Positions 36,231-47,343 of a DNA stretch of 64,000 nt are shown here, one piece after another. Positions within the stretch are counted from its first letter, which is position 1. Every line of letters begins with the position of its first letter. The DNA is from Zygnema circumcarinatum SAG 698-1b. Its lineage: Eukaryota; Plantae; Zygnematophyceae. Where the stretch lies: assembly GCA_037447605.1 (NCBI GenBank), contig CM074822.1, positions 891,492 to 955,491 of the forward strand. The letters are read 5' to 3'. The position numbers and the translations under genes were made by a program. The notes below the pieces were generated by a model, which saw only the letters and a list, made by a program, of their open reading frames with translations, had not been told where the DNA came from and searched no databases.

Positions 36231-37500
36231 GGCTAAAGCCATGCTGACTTGGCGCTTTGGGATTTGTGGTTGGTAGATCCACAAATAATTTAAAATTGGG
36301 TAGTGATATTTCCACCCCTTTTTTGGATCCAAACACCCCTTCCCGGCCGGGCAGATTTCAAAAAGGATTAAAAACGGAAAATGCTTTTTTCACACCTTTT
36401 TGGAATCGATACCCACATTCCGTCGGCTGATTTTATTTTTGCTAACCAAGGAAAATGATACCCCGTCACTGCATTTTGAATACTGTATCCCGCCTCCCTG
36501 AATTTTTTTTAGAGGGAAAGAAATATCTGCCTGCCCGAATCCACTCGGAGCGGAAGATCCGTCCGCCACGAGATCGTTCGCGAGTGTCCGTCCTGCACAC
36601 GTGTGTCAATCGCAGCTGTCGATTCACTCGCAGATCGCACCATGGCAGATCACCGTTCGATCTGCAGCCGGGTTCGATCTCAGCGAATGGAAAGCGCCCA
36701 CGAGTCCCGTCAAAGCCGGATCGCACTTGCGAGTGCGCGCGTCCCTCGGCCCGAGATCTCGTCATTGTCAGCTTCCAACCAAACAACATCTGCCACGTGT
36801 TACATATCGACGTGGAAAATTTTGATTGGTTCAAGCTCTCAATGTATGGAATTTTGGATTCCTCAAAGTTGCGACCGTACGATATTTGTACGGAAAAACT
36901 TTTGAGACGAGTTTGGCGGGATACGTGGGCACGTGCCATTCGCTGTGACCGAGCCCGGCTGCAGATCAAATAGTGATCTGCCAAGTTGCGATCTGCGAGG
37001 GAATGGACGGCTGCGATTGACCGCACGAGTGAAAAAAAATTCAGGTAGGCGGGATATTCAAAATGGGGTGACGGGTTATCATTTTCCTTGTTTCGCAAAA
37101 ATATGATCTGCCGATGGAGGGTGGGTATCGATTCCAAAAAGGTGTGAAAAAAGCATTTTCCGTTTTTAATCCTTTTTGAAATCTGCCCGGCCGGGAAGGG
37201 GTGTTTGGATCCAAAAAAGGGGTGGAAATATCACTACCCTTCAAATTTAAGAGTTTGAATTTGAGTGCTGAATCCATGCTGATTTGGCGCTTTGAGATTG
37301 GTGGTTGGAAGATCAACAAAAAATTTAAGATTTAAAAGTTTGAATTTGTGGGCTGAATCCATGCTGACGTGGCGCTTCGAGATTGGTGGTTGGTAGATCA
37401 ACAAATAATTTAAAAGTTAAAATTTGAATTTGAGGGCTAAATCCATGCTGACTTGTCGCTGTGGGATTGGTGGTTGGAAGATCAACAATTAATTTACAAT
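36231..37500. repeat. ~85-bp tandem repeat (4 units) upstream of RAP74, with the first unit split by a foldback element
   Basis: GCT.AATCCATGCTGA.TTGGCGCT..G.GATT.GTGGTTGG.AGATC.ACAA units start at ~36231, 37267, 37352 and 37436. Confidence 0.85.
36298..37239. mobile_element. Foldback/MITE-like element, subfamily A (942 bp), solo copy
   Basis: GGGTAGTGATATTTCCACCCC... and ...GGGGTGGAAATATCACTACCC with a ~115-bp near-perfect TIR plus longer imperfect arms. Flanks TTAAAATT / TTCAAATT (7/8 TSD match). Same family as 47344-49243 and 48136-49081. Confidence 0.92.
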
Positions 37501-37636
37501 TTGAAGGCAAATGATAACCCGCTCCCCGCCCCCCACCCTCCCCCCCCCCGTTTTGGATATCCCGCCTCCCTGAACATACAAAAAAATGAAAAGAAAAAAA
37601 ATAGAAGTATTGTGATTAGGTCCTTTGCGCCCATTT

Positions 37637-37722
37637 CCTCGTGGTTCCCCATGCTGCTTTTGTCCATGTACATTTGATGGCCTCGCCATGCGTGAGTTCA
37701 ATGCCATTTTCCCTCTCCCTTT
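37637..37722 (+). repeat. ~90-bp dispersed repeat, copy 3 of 3
   Basis: Matches 1199-1290 and the reverse complement of 18564-18648. Confidence 0.8.
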
Positions 37723-37769
37723 GGGCCCACACTCTCAGCACATGGTCAAACCACAGCGGCAACTTACAT

Positions 37770-38948
37770 CTATTGCGGTATCAAGTGCACTTTGAACTTG
37801 TCCATAAAAGCAGCGTTCGTAGATCTGAACAAGGACCCCAGCGAAAACTTCTTATGATCAATTCCGGCATCCACCAACGCCCTGTGTCTCAGCTTCAGCC
37901 GCTTCTCGAGGGAGAGCTTCAGTACGGACGAGTACATGTGGATGTCCTCCTTGCTACGGCCCATCTCAGTCAATACGAAGTCAATCTTGGACTTAATACT
38001 ATTCCAAGATCTGCTAAGCAGTAAGGGCTGCGCTTTCACCATTTTCAAGGCTGGAAGATCCCCAAAGTGCTGCTTTAGCTGTCTGTACGTGTTATCCATT
38101 GTGTCCCGTGGTACTAATAATATATTAGGGTTACTCTGCAGCACTTTCTGAGCTCTATCGGGCCCGTAAATCCCCTCTAATCCAGCCACACCATCCTTGA
38201 AGTGATGGCCCTTTCTTCTAACGATGAAGGGGAAAAGAACGAGCACATCCTCTCCTGCCTTGTAAGGGAAGGTCGACCTCACAGCCTCAACTCCCTCCTT
38301 TATTGTTTTAGGACTGTAGCAGAGAATGTTTGGGTAGCTCTCCAGCATAGCGCCTGTGACAGGGACGCCTAACTCCTTCCATAGACGAGCCTTCGCCTCA
38401 AGAGTCTGCACACGGTTAGACAAAACTCCCGGCATGCTTCCTATCACCTTCCCTACGTTTGTCACCTTCACAGTGTTCTGAAGGAACTTGATTACGCCTT
38501 CCTGCCTCTCATCTGAAGCGAGGAGGAAGTTGGAGTACAAGAGGCTGCGCTCTAAGGCGTTGAAAAAGTCGTGAGAGTTGACCCCATGGCTCTGGAAGAA
38601 AGCTACTTTAGGAAGGATATGCTTATAGCCCCTTATAAGGACACTCTTCCTCTTATCAACAATGCGGTGGACATCCTGCTGCGTGCATCCTAAGCTCACG
38701 AGAGCGTCCACTGCTTCTCGGAGAACCCTCGTCGAATCCGCAGCTCCTTCCTCGGCCACAGTGGCTCTGCCTGCACTCGCTTTGTCAAGTTTTTTTCCCT
38801 CCTTGCTGCTGCTGCTGCTGTATCCATGGCGCCCTTGAAGGGTCTGAGTGCAAGTGAGCTGTTCAAGGGATGGATGGTACCATGGTAGGCGGAACGGAGA
38901 TCCGTTCCAGACGGCCCGGCGAAAAAAAGGAAGAAAGGAAGCCGCCAT
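37770..38948 (-). CDS. mTERF: Intronless mTERF-family organellar nucleic-acid-binding protein, 392 aa
   Basis: ATG at 38948 (the track start at 38990 is GTG). Organelle-targeting-like N-terminus; repeated ~30-aa mTERF motifs (SMPGVLSNRVQTLEAKARLWKELG, SYPNILCYSPKTIKEGVE, AQPLLLSRSWNSIKSKIDFV) and terminal LSLEKRLKLRH. Confidence 0.88.
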   Translation of the reverse strand: MAASFLPFFRRAVWNGSPFRLPWYHPSLEQLTCTQTLQGRHGYSSSSSKEGKKLDKASAGRATVAEEGAADSTRVLREAVDALVSLGCTQQDVHRIVDKRKSVLIRGYKHILPKVAFFQSHGVNSHDFFNALERSLLYSNFLLASDERQEGVIKFLQNTVKVTNVGKVIGSMPGVLSNRVQTLEAKARLWKELGVPVTGAMLESYPNILCYSPKTIKEGVEAVRSTFPYKAGEDVLVLFPFIVRRKGHHFKDGVAGLEGIYGPDRAQKVLQSNPNILLVPRDTMDNTYRQLKQHFGDLPALKMVKAQPLLLSRSWNSIKSKIDFVLTEMGRSKEDIHMYSSVLKLSLEKRLKLRHRALVDAGIDHKKFSLGSLFRSTNAAFMDKFKVHLIPQ

Positions 38949-39026
38949 GGCGCGGACTTCTGAAGGATGCGGCCGCTGATAGAGAGTCACTTCCTCATTT
39001 CTTGTTGCACAAGGTTTCCAGCACTC

Positions 39027-39112
39027 AACCCTAATCTCTTAGACCCAACCCTGACCCTAACCCTTACCCTAATCCTAACCCTAACGCTAACCCTAACGCA
39101 AACCCTAACCCT
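39027..39112. repeat. Degenerate (CCCTAA)n hexameric telomere-like tract just upstream of mTERF
   Basis: ~13 AACCCT-type hexamers, 80-165 bp upstream of the ATG. Confidence 0.8.
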
Positions 39113-39474
39113 AACTTTAAGCATGAGCTTGACCTGACTCTGAAATCATTCGCCATATCTCTAATCTGAGCCCTCTCCTGCCCGATGTTATTCATTAAAC
39201 TTCTTGTTAGCAATGCAAAAATGAAATCAGAAAGTCATTACAGTACTGTAACCGAGGGAATCCAATACACTCCTCTGCGGTATATTGTCGGCATTATTAC
39301 ATGCATTATCACATTTGGCATTCCCATGGTGATATTAATGCACAATTCTCCCCCATTATCAACAATTGAACTCTCATTATTACTATCACAAGCGGAAGAA
39401 AGTGGCGCACTGAGGGATGCGATGCTACAGAAGTGCAAAAGCTCCGGCTTACTGTACTTCCCTCATTTCATAAA

Positions 39475-39917
39475 GGGTACTGCTAAATTCACACCTTTTT
39501 TGTCTAGATACACCCCTTTTTTTCGCCGGGCAGATTTTAAAATGGACAAAAAAAGTTTAAAAACGTAAAATGCCTTTTTCACACCTTTCTGGAATCGATA
39601 CACACCTTTTTCCGTCGGGCAGATTTTATTTTATAAAAAGGCAAATGAATGAAATAATACCCCGCAGCCCCACCCCCTCCTCATTTTGGGTATCCCGCCC
39701 TCCTGAATTTTCTTTGAGAGAAAAAAATATCAGCCTGCCCGAATCTGCTCGGAGCGGAAGATTCGTCCACCACTAGATCGTTCGCGGGTGTGGGCCCTTC
39801 ACACTTGCGGTGAATCGCAGCCGTCGACTCTGTCGCAAATCGCACCACGACAACCGTTCGATCTGCAGCCGGCCTCGGTCCCAGCGAATGGCGCGCGCCC
39901 ACGTCCGCGCGCGCGAC
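39475..39917. mobile_element. Solo left arm of a third foldback subfamily (C)
   Basis: Starts GGGTACTGCTAAATTCACACCTTTTTT and then follows the same arm sequence as subfamilies A and B (CGCCGGGCAGATTTT, GGAATCGATAC, GCCTGCCCGAATC, GATCGTTCGCGGGTG, CCGTTCGATCTGCAGCCGG). No right arm was found. Confidence 0.75.
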
Positions 39918-40023
39918 GCTTTTCCAGCCTTCAGAGCTTGGAAGATGCGTGTAGAGCGGGTGTAGCGAGTGCTACAGCCACCACGGTGCCCCGCGCACAA
40001 TGGAGATCTTCGTACGGTTATGC

Positions 40024-43000
40024 CGTACAGATTGTTCGTACAGTAGGTACCCTTTGTCTTTGGCGTTGGCTTTGGCGTTGGCTTTGGCGTTGGCTTTGGC
40101 TTTGGCGTGTACTGTACCTCAGATTGTACGGGCTGCTTGACACTTTGTCGGCGCGTCGCGTTTGCCTGTCGGACGTGCGCCGCGCGACTACCGCTGATTA
40201 CCCTGACCACTGACAAGCGTCAGTAGATTGGTCAGGTGGCGCCTCGCCATTGGCTAATTCTGCTCCCTCGCGCACGCTCTCGAGTGTATACGATGAAGCA
40301 AAGTCTGCCCCAATACATCTCACACCTAGAAGCACACCCCTATGAACTAAGTGCCAACACAAACATGCTAATCTAAACTAACTATATACACTAACAACTT
40401 TGGCAAGAGGAGGTGGAGCTTCGTGAGGATTCTCCGCGTGTGGAGAGCTGCCTCACGCTCTTGTGTTGGAAGCTTGGCATAAGCTTATGGGGGCTTGAGA
40501 TGGAAAGTTTGTTATTATAAAGGAGTTTTAGGTTGGGAGCTTCCTCCTTCGTTTTTCTATTCCGCCTCTTGTGTGTTGTGTATGCACTTGAGTGAAAAAT
40601 GAGTGTGAGTGCTGTGGGCACTGAGAGAGAAGTTTCCATGGACAGTGAAGAGGGGGAAAGGGTTTGGCGGCAATGAATTTGCCTCTAATCCTTCTGCCTT
40701 AGGGTTTTCAGGATTTTTAGGGTTTAAAGGGTTTTTAGGGTTTTTCTCACAATAATCTCTACACTAGAGGGAGCGCAATTTAAAAATGTACTTGTTCTAG
40801 ACACGACCGTAAGAAATAATTTTTCCCGTGAGAGTGAATTTCTAGTTCGACATGAATTTGTCCGTTTGGCTATCTAGGATCTCCTTCTCGCACCCTCGTC
40901 CTACGTGGCCCATAGTACGGCTTATATCACCTTTTACCCGTCGCTCCGGCTCCTATCCGCCGTCGCCGCGCGCGTGCAGGACCGCTCCGCGAGTGGCTCC
41001 GCCTTCAGCGGACAATCCACATTGTACAAAAACTGTACAGACAACCGCGGCTGCCTCGCACTCACGCGAGGTGACCGCGCTCCGATTGGCGGCGCCCAAG
41101 GGTCCCCCGCTTCGCGACAAACGGCTGCGGTACGGGTACAGGTACAGTACTGGTACGGGTACAGAGAATGATTCCCTTTGTCGCACGCGTCACGGCGCTC
41201 TCCCATTCAACCACTGACAGCGCCAGCTCGCACGCGCCAATCCCGGTGGTACCCGCCTCCGCCTCTCCGTCTCCCTCACCCCCTCCCTCTTCCTCTCCCT
41301 CCCCTTCTCCCTCTCCTCACTATCCTCTCCCTCTCCTCGCTCCCTTTTCCTCTCCTGTGCGCGTCGCCATGGCGTCCGCCGCCGCCCTCCTCCTGGCGGC
41401 CATGCTCTGCTTTGCCGCCTCTGTGGACGCCGCGCTCGTGAAGGCCGCTCAGCAGAGTGAGTGGCGCGCTCGCATGCATGCATGCCTGCATGACATTCAT
41501 GCCTGCATGCCTGCCTGTGGGAAGGAGGCTGACGGGGAGTGGGCGGGCGGGCGATTGCAGCGGCGTTGCAGGCTGTGAAGGCGAGTCTGCAGCTGACGGA
41601 TGCGAAGTTGCCGAACTCATGGAAGGCCTCCGCCGACTGCAGCGCGTGGCGCGGCATCAAGTGCGACGCTAAGGGGAACGTCATTTCGCTGTGCGCGCCT
41701 ACCCTCCCTCCTCCGGGCAGAAGAAAATAGATTTTTTTACCCTGCGCTCCTTATTGGGCGGGCTGGGGGAATTTGTCATCCTCTGGTTCTTTTTGTTTGT
41801 TTAAACCGTTTTCAAACTTCTTTTTGCTTCGTCAGAAGATCTTCCCGTGCCGGGCAAGGCGCCAATGTATTTCATATCTGCCCCTGCACATTGCTTCTCA
41901 TTTCGCCATCGTATCTGAGTGCACATTCCATGCGCGGCTAACGCAGAAAATGAGGCAACATTTTCTGCACAATTCTGAAAGTCGCGAAAACTCCTCCTGG
42001 CGACCATCACACTGACATTCGAAACTGTCGTTGTTACAGAGCGAAATGACATGTTCGACTTTTCGTTTGTTTCTAATATTCTCGTTGATGTTTTCTCACT
42101 TTTTTGCGCAGAACCATCACTCCAGTCTCTTTTTATATATTTGGCTTTGAGTTTACTCAAACAGTTCCCGATGTGTATCCAGTCACCAACAAGGGAACCA
42201 TCTCTCCAAAGATATCGGAGCTCAAAAATTTGGAGACACTGTGAGTTCTATTGAAGCCATCTCTAGGATAAGTGAGCGTGCTTCTCCTTCTGTTTGTCTT
42301 GATGGTTTTGGTTTCCTTAAAGTCATTCATGCTTGTGAATACGAATTCACCCTAAATTTTCAGCTTTCTCGTAACTTTCTGCCGACTTTGGAGCTGAAAG
42401 GCTTGGGGCTGCTTGCCGCTTGAAGTGACTAAAATTTGAGGTTTTTCGGAGGTTGAGAGATTGAAGTTGGTTTGAGTTTTGGACGCTCAGGGTTTTCGAA
42501 TTGTTTAATTGGTGGTGGCGTAGTTCTGAGTTGAAATCTTCCTCTCTTTATGCTTTCTGAGTAAATTTCAAGGCGGATGATGGGAGCTGCAGGATTCTTC
42601 TTACGTCTGGCCTGGTCGGAGACATACCGGAGGGTCTCGGAAATCTGAAAAAACTCAAATTTCTGTGAGAACAAAGCCCCACTACACTTCGTGCAGGAGT
42701 CGAATTCTGAGCATCGCCGTCATAACCGTGCAAATCTTTACTTTAATCTTTGGAGACTGCAGAGAGTTTTCCGGGTTCAGAAAATTCCTGAATCTAACGA
42801 GAAGAACTACAGGAGAAACTGTTTCTTACCACTTTGCTTTCTCTTGTGTGTTTGGGGATGCAGTGAATTGAGCGGGAACAATTTTCCTTCCAATCTGCCA
42901 AGCAGTGTAAAAATGTTGACGAGTCTGGAGTACCTGTATGCTGCCTACTCTTTTGTCCCCTTCGGCAGCTTACCCATTAGTAGGCAGTTAGTTGCATTTC

Positions 43001-46000
43001 AGGGGAAGACGACAAACTCATCAAGCTTCACCTTCTCCTTTCTTGAAGACATATTCCATGACGTGAAGTGTTCTGTCATGTGAAATTTAAAAGGCGTTAA
43101 GGGTTTAAGAGCGGTGGTGTATCACTAGTTAGGGTCAGAATGGCATTAGGGTTGCTGTTCCGATCGATGCTTTGAGTTGGGGTGTAAGGAGGGCCACTGA
43201 AAGTTCTCCTTATTCTCCTTTTCTCATATTCTTTTTATATTTGTCTTTGAGCGGATTGTCAGAGCTTGCAGCGACTGCAAGATGAAAGGGAAGGTCCCCG
43301 TGGGAATCGGCAGTCTCTTGAAATTGCAGTGGTTGTAAGTTCCCTTTTCCTTATCGGCGGCTACTTTTGACCATTTTAACATGAAGGAAAAGAATCTGGC
43401 GATCCTTCTTTTCTCTTTCTTTCAGAAAAACACTTTCTCTTTCAGCTGTAAGAACGCTTCCAGAAGTCGTGAATCTTTTGCATACTAGAATACTCTAATA
43501 AACGAAGCGATATTGTGAATATTCTTGATCAATCACGAGCTTCTCCATGCCGCTTATTTCAGGTGATCTCATGTGATTGATGCATTTCTTATTGCATTTT
43601 GCAGGGATTTCACCATCAATGCGTTAAGCGGTAAAATTCCGCCGGGCATTGTCAACCTGCCAAACCTCTTAACCCTGTAAGTGCTTCCAACGGTTGGCAG
43701 ATCAACTTTCATCTCTGCATTGAAACCCCCGAAGTCGCTTCTTATTGAAGCTTGTTCTGAAACGTTGGTGTGTTGCAGGGCACTCCAAAACAACACACTA
43801 AGTGGGGAAATTCCTGTTCGCTCCTCGAAGCTGAAACCATTGGAGCTTTTGTAAGCAGCCATAGTCAAAGACCTTCATCTTCTTTCCTTCGCTTCTTTTC
43901 CGGGCAATGTTGCCCATATCTATCTTAGCGATGTCGTACCCATGTCAGTGGGATGGTTCAAACGTTCTAAAACTTGCCTCTTCCTTGCTTAATGGGCGAG
44001 TTGTGGTCCTATTCCTCAGTGTCATGGGTATCAACAAGTTTTCGGGCGAAATTCCAAAGTGGGTCTTCACCACTCCGTTTGTGTAAGTTTGCTGACATGC
44101 AGAACCCACCACTCTGAATTGATCTACTGAGTTTCAGTGATATGGAGGTTTAAGGAGATTCCCTGCCTATGAAGATTCCCCTTTTTAACAGTTTTAGGGA
44201 AAACTGAAAACTGTGCTTTCATGCATGTAGGTAGCTGCACAGTGAAGGATAATTGAACTCGTTACCTTTCTATTTTGCACCTTCTATCTTACCCTTTGAC
44301 CTTCACACTTTCGCACTCTGCTTCTTTTTCTTTTTTCCTCTTCTCTCGCCTTCTATCTGTCTCTCTCCTTCTCTCTCTCTCTCTCGGTCCTTTTCCTTTG
44401 ATCTTAATTTCTCGATGTTTTCTGTAATCCACTTTGATCTCAGGCTCTTGTATAATAACCAGTTGGTTGGAAAAATTCCGAAAATTCCAAGCTCCGCCAA
44501 CGTTATGTAAGTGTAATATGATCAGGAAAGAATAAATGGTTGTATTTCTTTTATTGAAACTTAATTTTTACCTGGGAGTGAAGTGTTTTCACTGACATGC
44601 CAGCTCTTGCTGCACACTGAAATAGGTCTGTTTTAGGTTTTTTTTTTTTGTTTGTGGGTTGATTTGTGTTGTCCTAAGCTTCGTTTCATGTTCAAATCAA
44701 TTCGTTCTGTTTGTTTGCGTAAGCTTTAACTGATGCGCGGCTTGTACAGCTGCCGCCATTGGTCTTGCTCGGCTGCAAGGTTACGGCCACTTCAGGACGT
44801 CTTGGGTCTCAATGGGTTTCAGGGTTTTAGGGTTTTTAGGGTTTTTAGGGTTTTGAGTCATTTAATGTTTCTGATTCTCATAATAGATTGCCGTGGGTGG
44901 TTCCTTGTGACATTTTAAGAGTTGAATGGCGCTCCTCGTATGACATTGCCGTGAATTTGAGCGTTTCATGAAGAGTTCCTTTTTCTAACCATTGACCTCC
45001 TTCCCACTGACTCCTTGGAGGCTGCAGTGAGCTGAGCTCAAACTATCTATCTGGAGAGGTAGTCATTTCAGACGGTGGTGCAGAGTCCTCATATTACTTT
45101 TCGGGGAATTATTTCTCGAATATCACTGGAGGAAGTACCAGTTCTTTTATTGCTGGCGATGACAACTGCTTATCCGGAGCCCAGGCCGTGTACTTCGGAC
45201 CACAGAAGTCAAATAAAGTATGCAATAATTTCTGCAATGCAAAGCAGGCAGGCGGAGCCTGCGGGAAGAACGGAGTCTGCGGCCCCGCCGGCGCTAAGGC
45301 CCCGACATGCACCTGCAAGAAGGGGTACTTCACCTTCGTCAAGAAATTCACATGCACTAAAGGTATTTCCCCGCTTCCATTGTCACTGCCGTTTTTCCCT
45401 TTTTTTGTTCTGTTTCTATGATTGAGGGTGTGTTCGCACTCAAGGTTTCACACCTTGAAGTTTGCTTCGAGCAACGCGCTGTACTGTTTAGGTTTTGAGG
45501 GGTTTTGCAAGAGACTCGAGAACCCCTGTCCGGTTGAGTCCTGTTTGTACTAATTCTAGTCCCTGGATGTTCCTGTTTTCTGCCCCTTAGACGCGCCGCC
45601 GAGCCCTAGCGCCCCCGCGGTCGGAGGGAGGACTTGAGCGAGGGACTTCGAGGCGATGGGGCTTGACTTGACTTGACTTGACTTGACTTGACTTGACTTG
45701 TGCTTTGACTTTGAGTCTGGACGGGGAACTTGAAGTTCTTAAGGGATTGTTGGTCGCAAGGTCGGAAGACATGAGATACAAGAAGATCCAAGACAATGAA
45801 CAACTACAAACAATGGTGGAATGAAGTCAGGGGCAATCCTTAGTTATTTTTGCTTTGAATTGGATGGTGATAATGATCTGATGTTTTTGTCGTTGCCACG
45901 GCCATTAAGGAATGCATGGAACACATCACACGAACTAAAAAAGACAGTAGCTCTCAAAGTCGACACAGTCTGTAAAATTGTGAGAGGAGAGTACTGATTC

Positions 46001-46529
46001 TGTAGCTCGACAGATCGCAAGAAGGCCTCCGAAAGGCCACGTGGCATCCTGCAGGACGCCTTCGGTCCGACCGCCGCAGCCGTCCTCCAATGGAAACGCG
46101 CCACGTAAGCCGGAAGTATCTGGAAAAGTACCTCCAATGGGAAAGCGTCACATAAGCCCTAATTTCTCGTATAGTATCCCTTAACGGTAACGCGCCACGT
46201 AAGTCCTACTTATGCAAAACCAGCGTGATTGTGTTTATGAAGCGAACGGGACAACACGCCCGTCCTTGCTATATCGGGTTCTATGTGTGATTTTTTTGTA
46301 GTTGTTACAGTGCATAGAATTGTGGGCTGTTGAGGCAGAAATCTCTGAATCTCGTTTAACGGAGCTGAACTTCGGAGCGTTACTGTGTACGAATTCCACG
46401 TGGCATGCCATGAAGCTCTCGGGCGCCGGCGGTCGCTCAACGAAAGTCAAACCCTGACTTGCACGTGACGCGGTCGATCTCAGCCGTCGTGTGCACGTGT
46501 GGCGATGATCGACGGTCAGGATCGCCTCG
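40024..46529 (+). repeat. Segmental duplication, copy 1 (paralogous to 55186-61012)
   Basis: Collinear from CGTACAGATTGTTCG to GGTCAGGATCGCCTCG. Copy 1 carries an extra ~600 bp at ~40215-40820. Confidence 0.95.
41369..45637 (+). CDS. Secreted LRR protein with C-terminal EGF-like domain, copy 1 (380 aa, 11 exons)
   Basis: Exons 41369-41456, 41561-41690, 42112-42240, 42864-42935, 43263-43334, 43605-43676, 43779-43850, 44020-44082, 44444-44506, 45028-45362, 45591-45637 (1143 nt, frame intact). Signal peptide MASAAALLLAAMLCFAASVDA; LRRNT SWKASADCSAWRGIKCDAKGNV; 72-nt phase-2 plant-type LRR exons (LxxNxLSGxIP); C-x8-C-x5-C-x9-C-x-C-x12-C with CKKGY; no TM segment. Confidence 0.88.
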
Positions 46530-46930
46530 CCGACCCGCGCGCGCGGCGCCGCCAAAAGGCGGAACAATAACCGTGAAGCAGGGCTGGCCAGTGGCGAGAC
46601 GCCGCGTGGCTCTTGCTAGCCCGTGGCGTTTCGCCACGTGGCCAGATCACCGTTGTGTGTCAGCGCTAGAGGTATCTAGCGGGTTCACCGCGTTCGGCGG
46701 GTGGACTAGAAGTGTCGCGCCCGCGCGACGCGCGCGTGCGACGCCGGCGACGTCGTTCATGCGACACGCGCATACGACGCGCAGATGCGACGCGCGGCCG
46801 ACCGGTTGGCCTGTTGACTTTCGTAACTTTCCTTTTCCGTCTCTTTTTGTCCTGGTTTTAGGACAAACCTGGCACTGGCACAATCATGTAAAAATCAAGA
46901 ATCTAAATACTTAAATATCTAAATATTTGA

Positions 46931-47175
46931 AGTACTCCTCTCAAGGATGATCGCTATTTCATCGGAGTACTCGTTCTGTTTTAAAACATACTGACGTTGT
47001 GTTAAGTCTGACAAGCCCTATTCTTCAGAGGAATACTTCCGTAACTTTCCATTTTCGTCAAATTTTGTTAAGTCTGACCAGCCATAATAGGGGGTATGAA
47101 ACGTAAAAAACGTCAGTATGTTTGACACTAGAACGAGTACTCGGTGACATCGCGACCCTGCTGTAGAGGAGTACT
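46931..47175. mobile_element. Small degenerate foldback (245 bp, ~68-bp imperfect inverted arms)
   Basis: AGTACTCCTCT...GAGTACTCGTTCT...AAACATACTGACGTT is inverted at 47109-47175. Flanked by direct repeats of CTTTCGTAACTTTCCTTTTCCGTC. Confidence 0.55.
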
Positions 47176-47343
47176 TTCGTAACTTTCCTTTTCCGTCAAA
47201 TTTTGTTCGCGCCTCCGCGACGCGCGCGTGCGACAGCGGCGACGTCGGCTAAAAAAAGAAGGAAAATTCTATTCTCACACCTTTTTTGTCTACACACAGG
47301 CCTCTTTTCGCCGGGCAGATTTTAAAATAGCACAAAAAAAGAA

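Noticed and set aside
36455-37137. ORFs of 100-220 aa inside the foldback elements (also 47435-50053)
   Set aside because: There are no DDE or other transposase motifs, and the frames are not conserved between copies.
38949-38990. Track start for the mTERF ORF
   Set aside because: It is a GTG. The first ATG (38948), in a GCCATGGC context, gives a normal targeting-like N-terminus.
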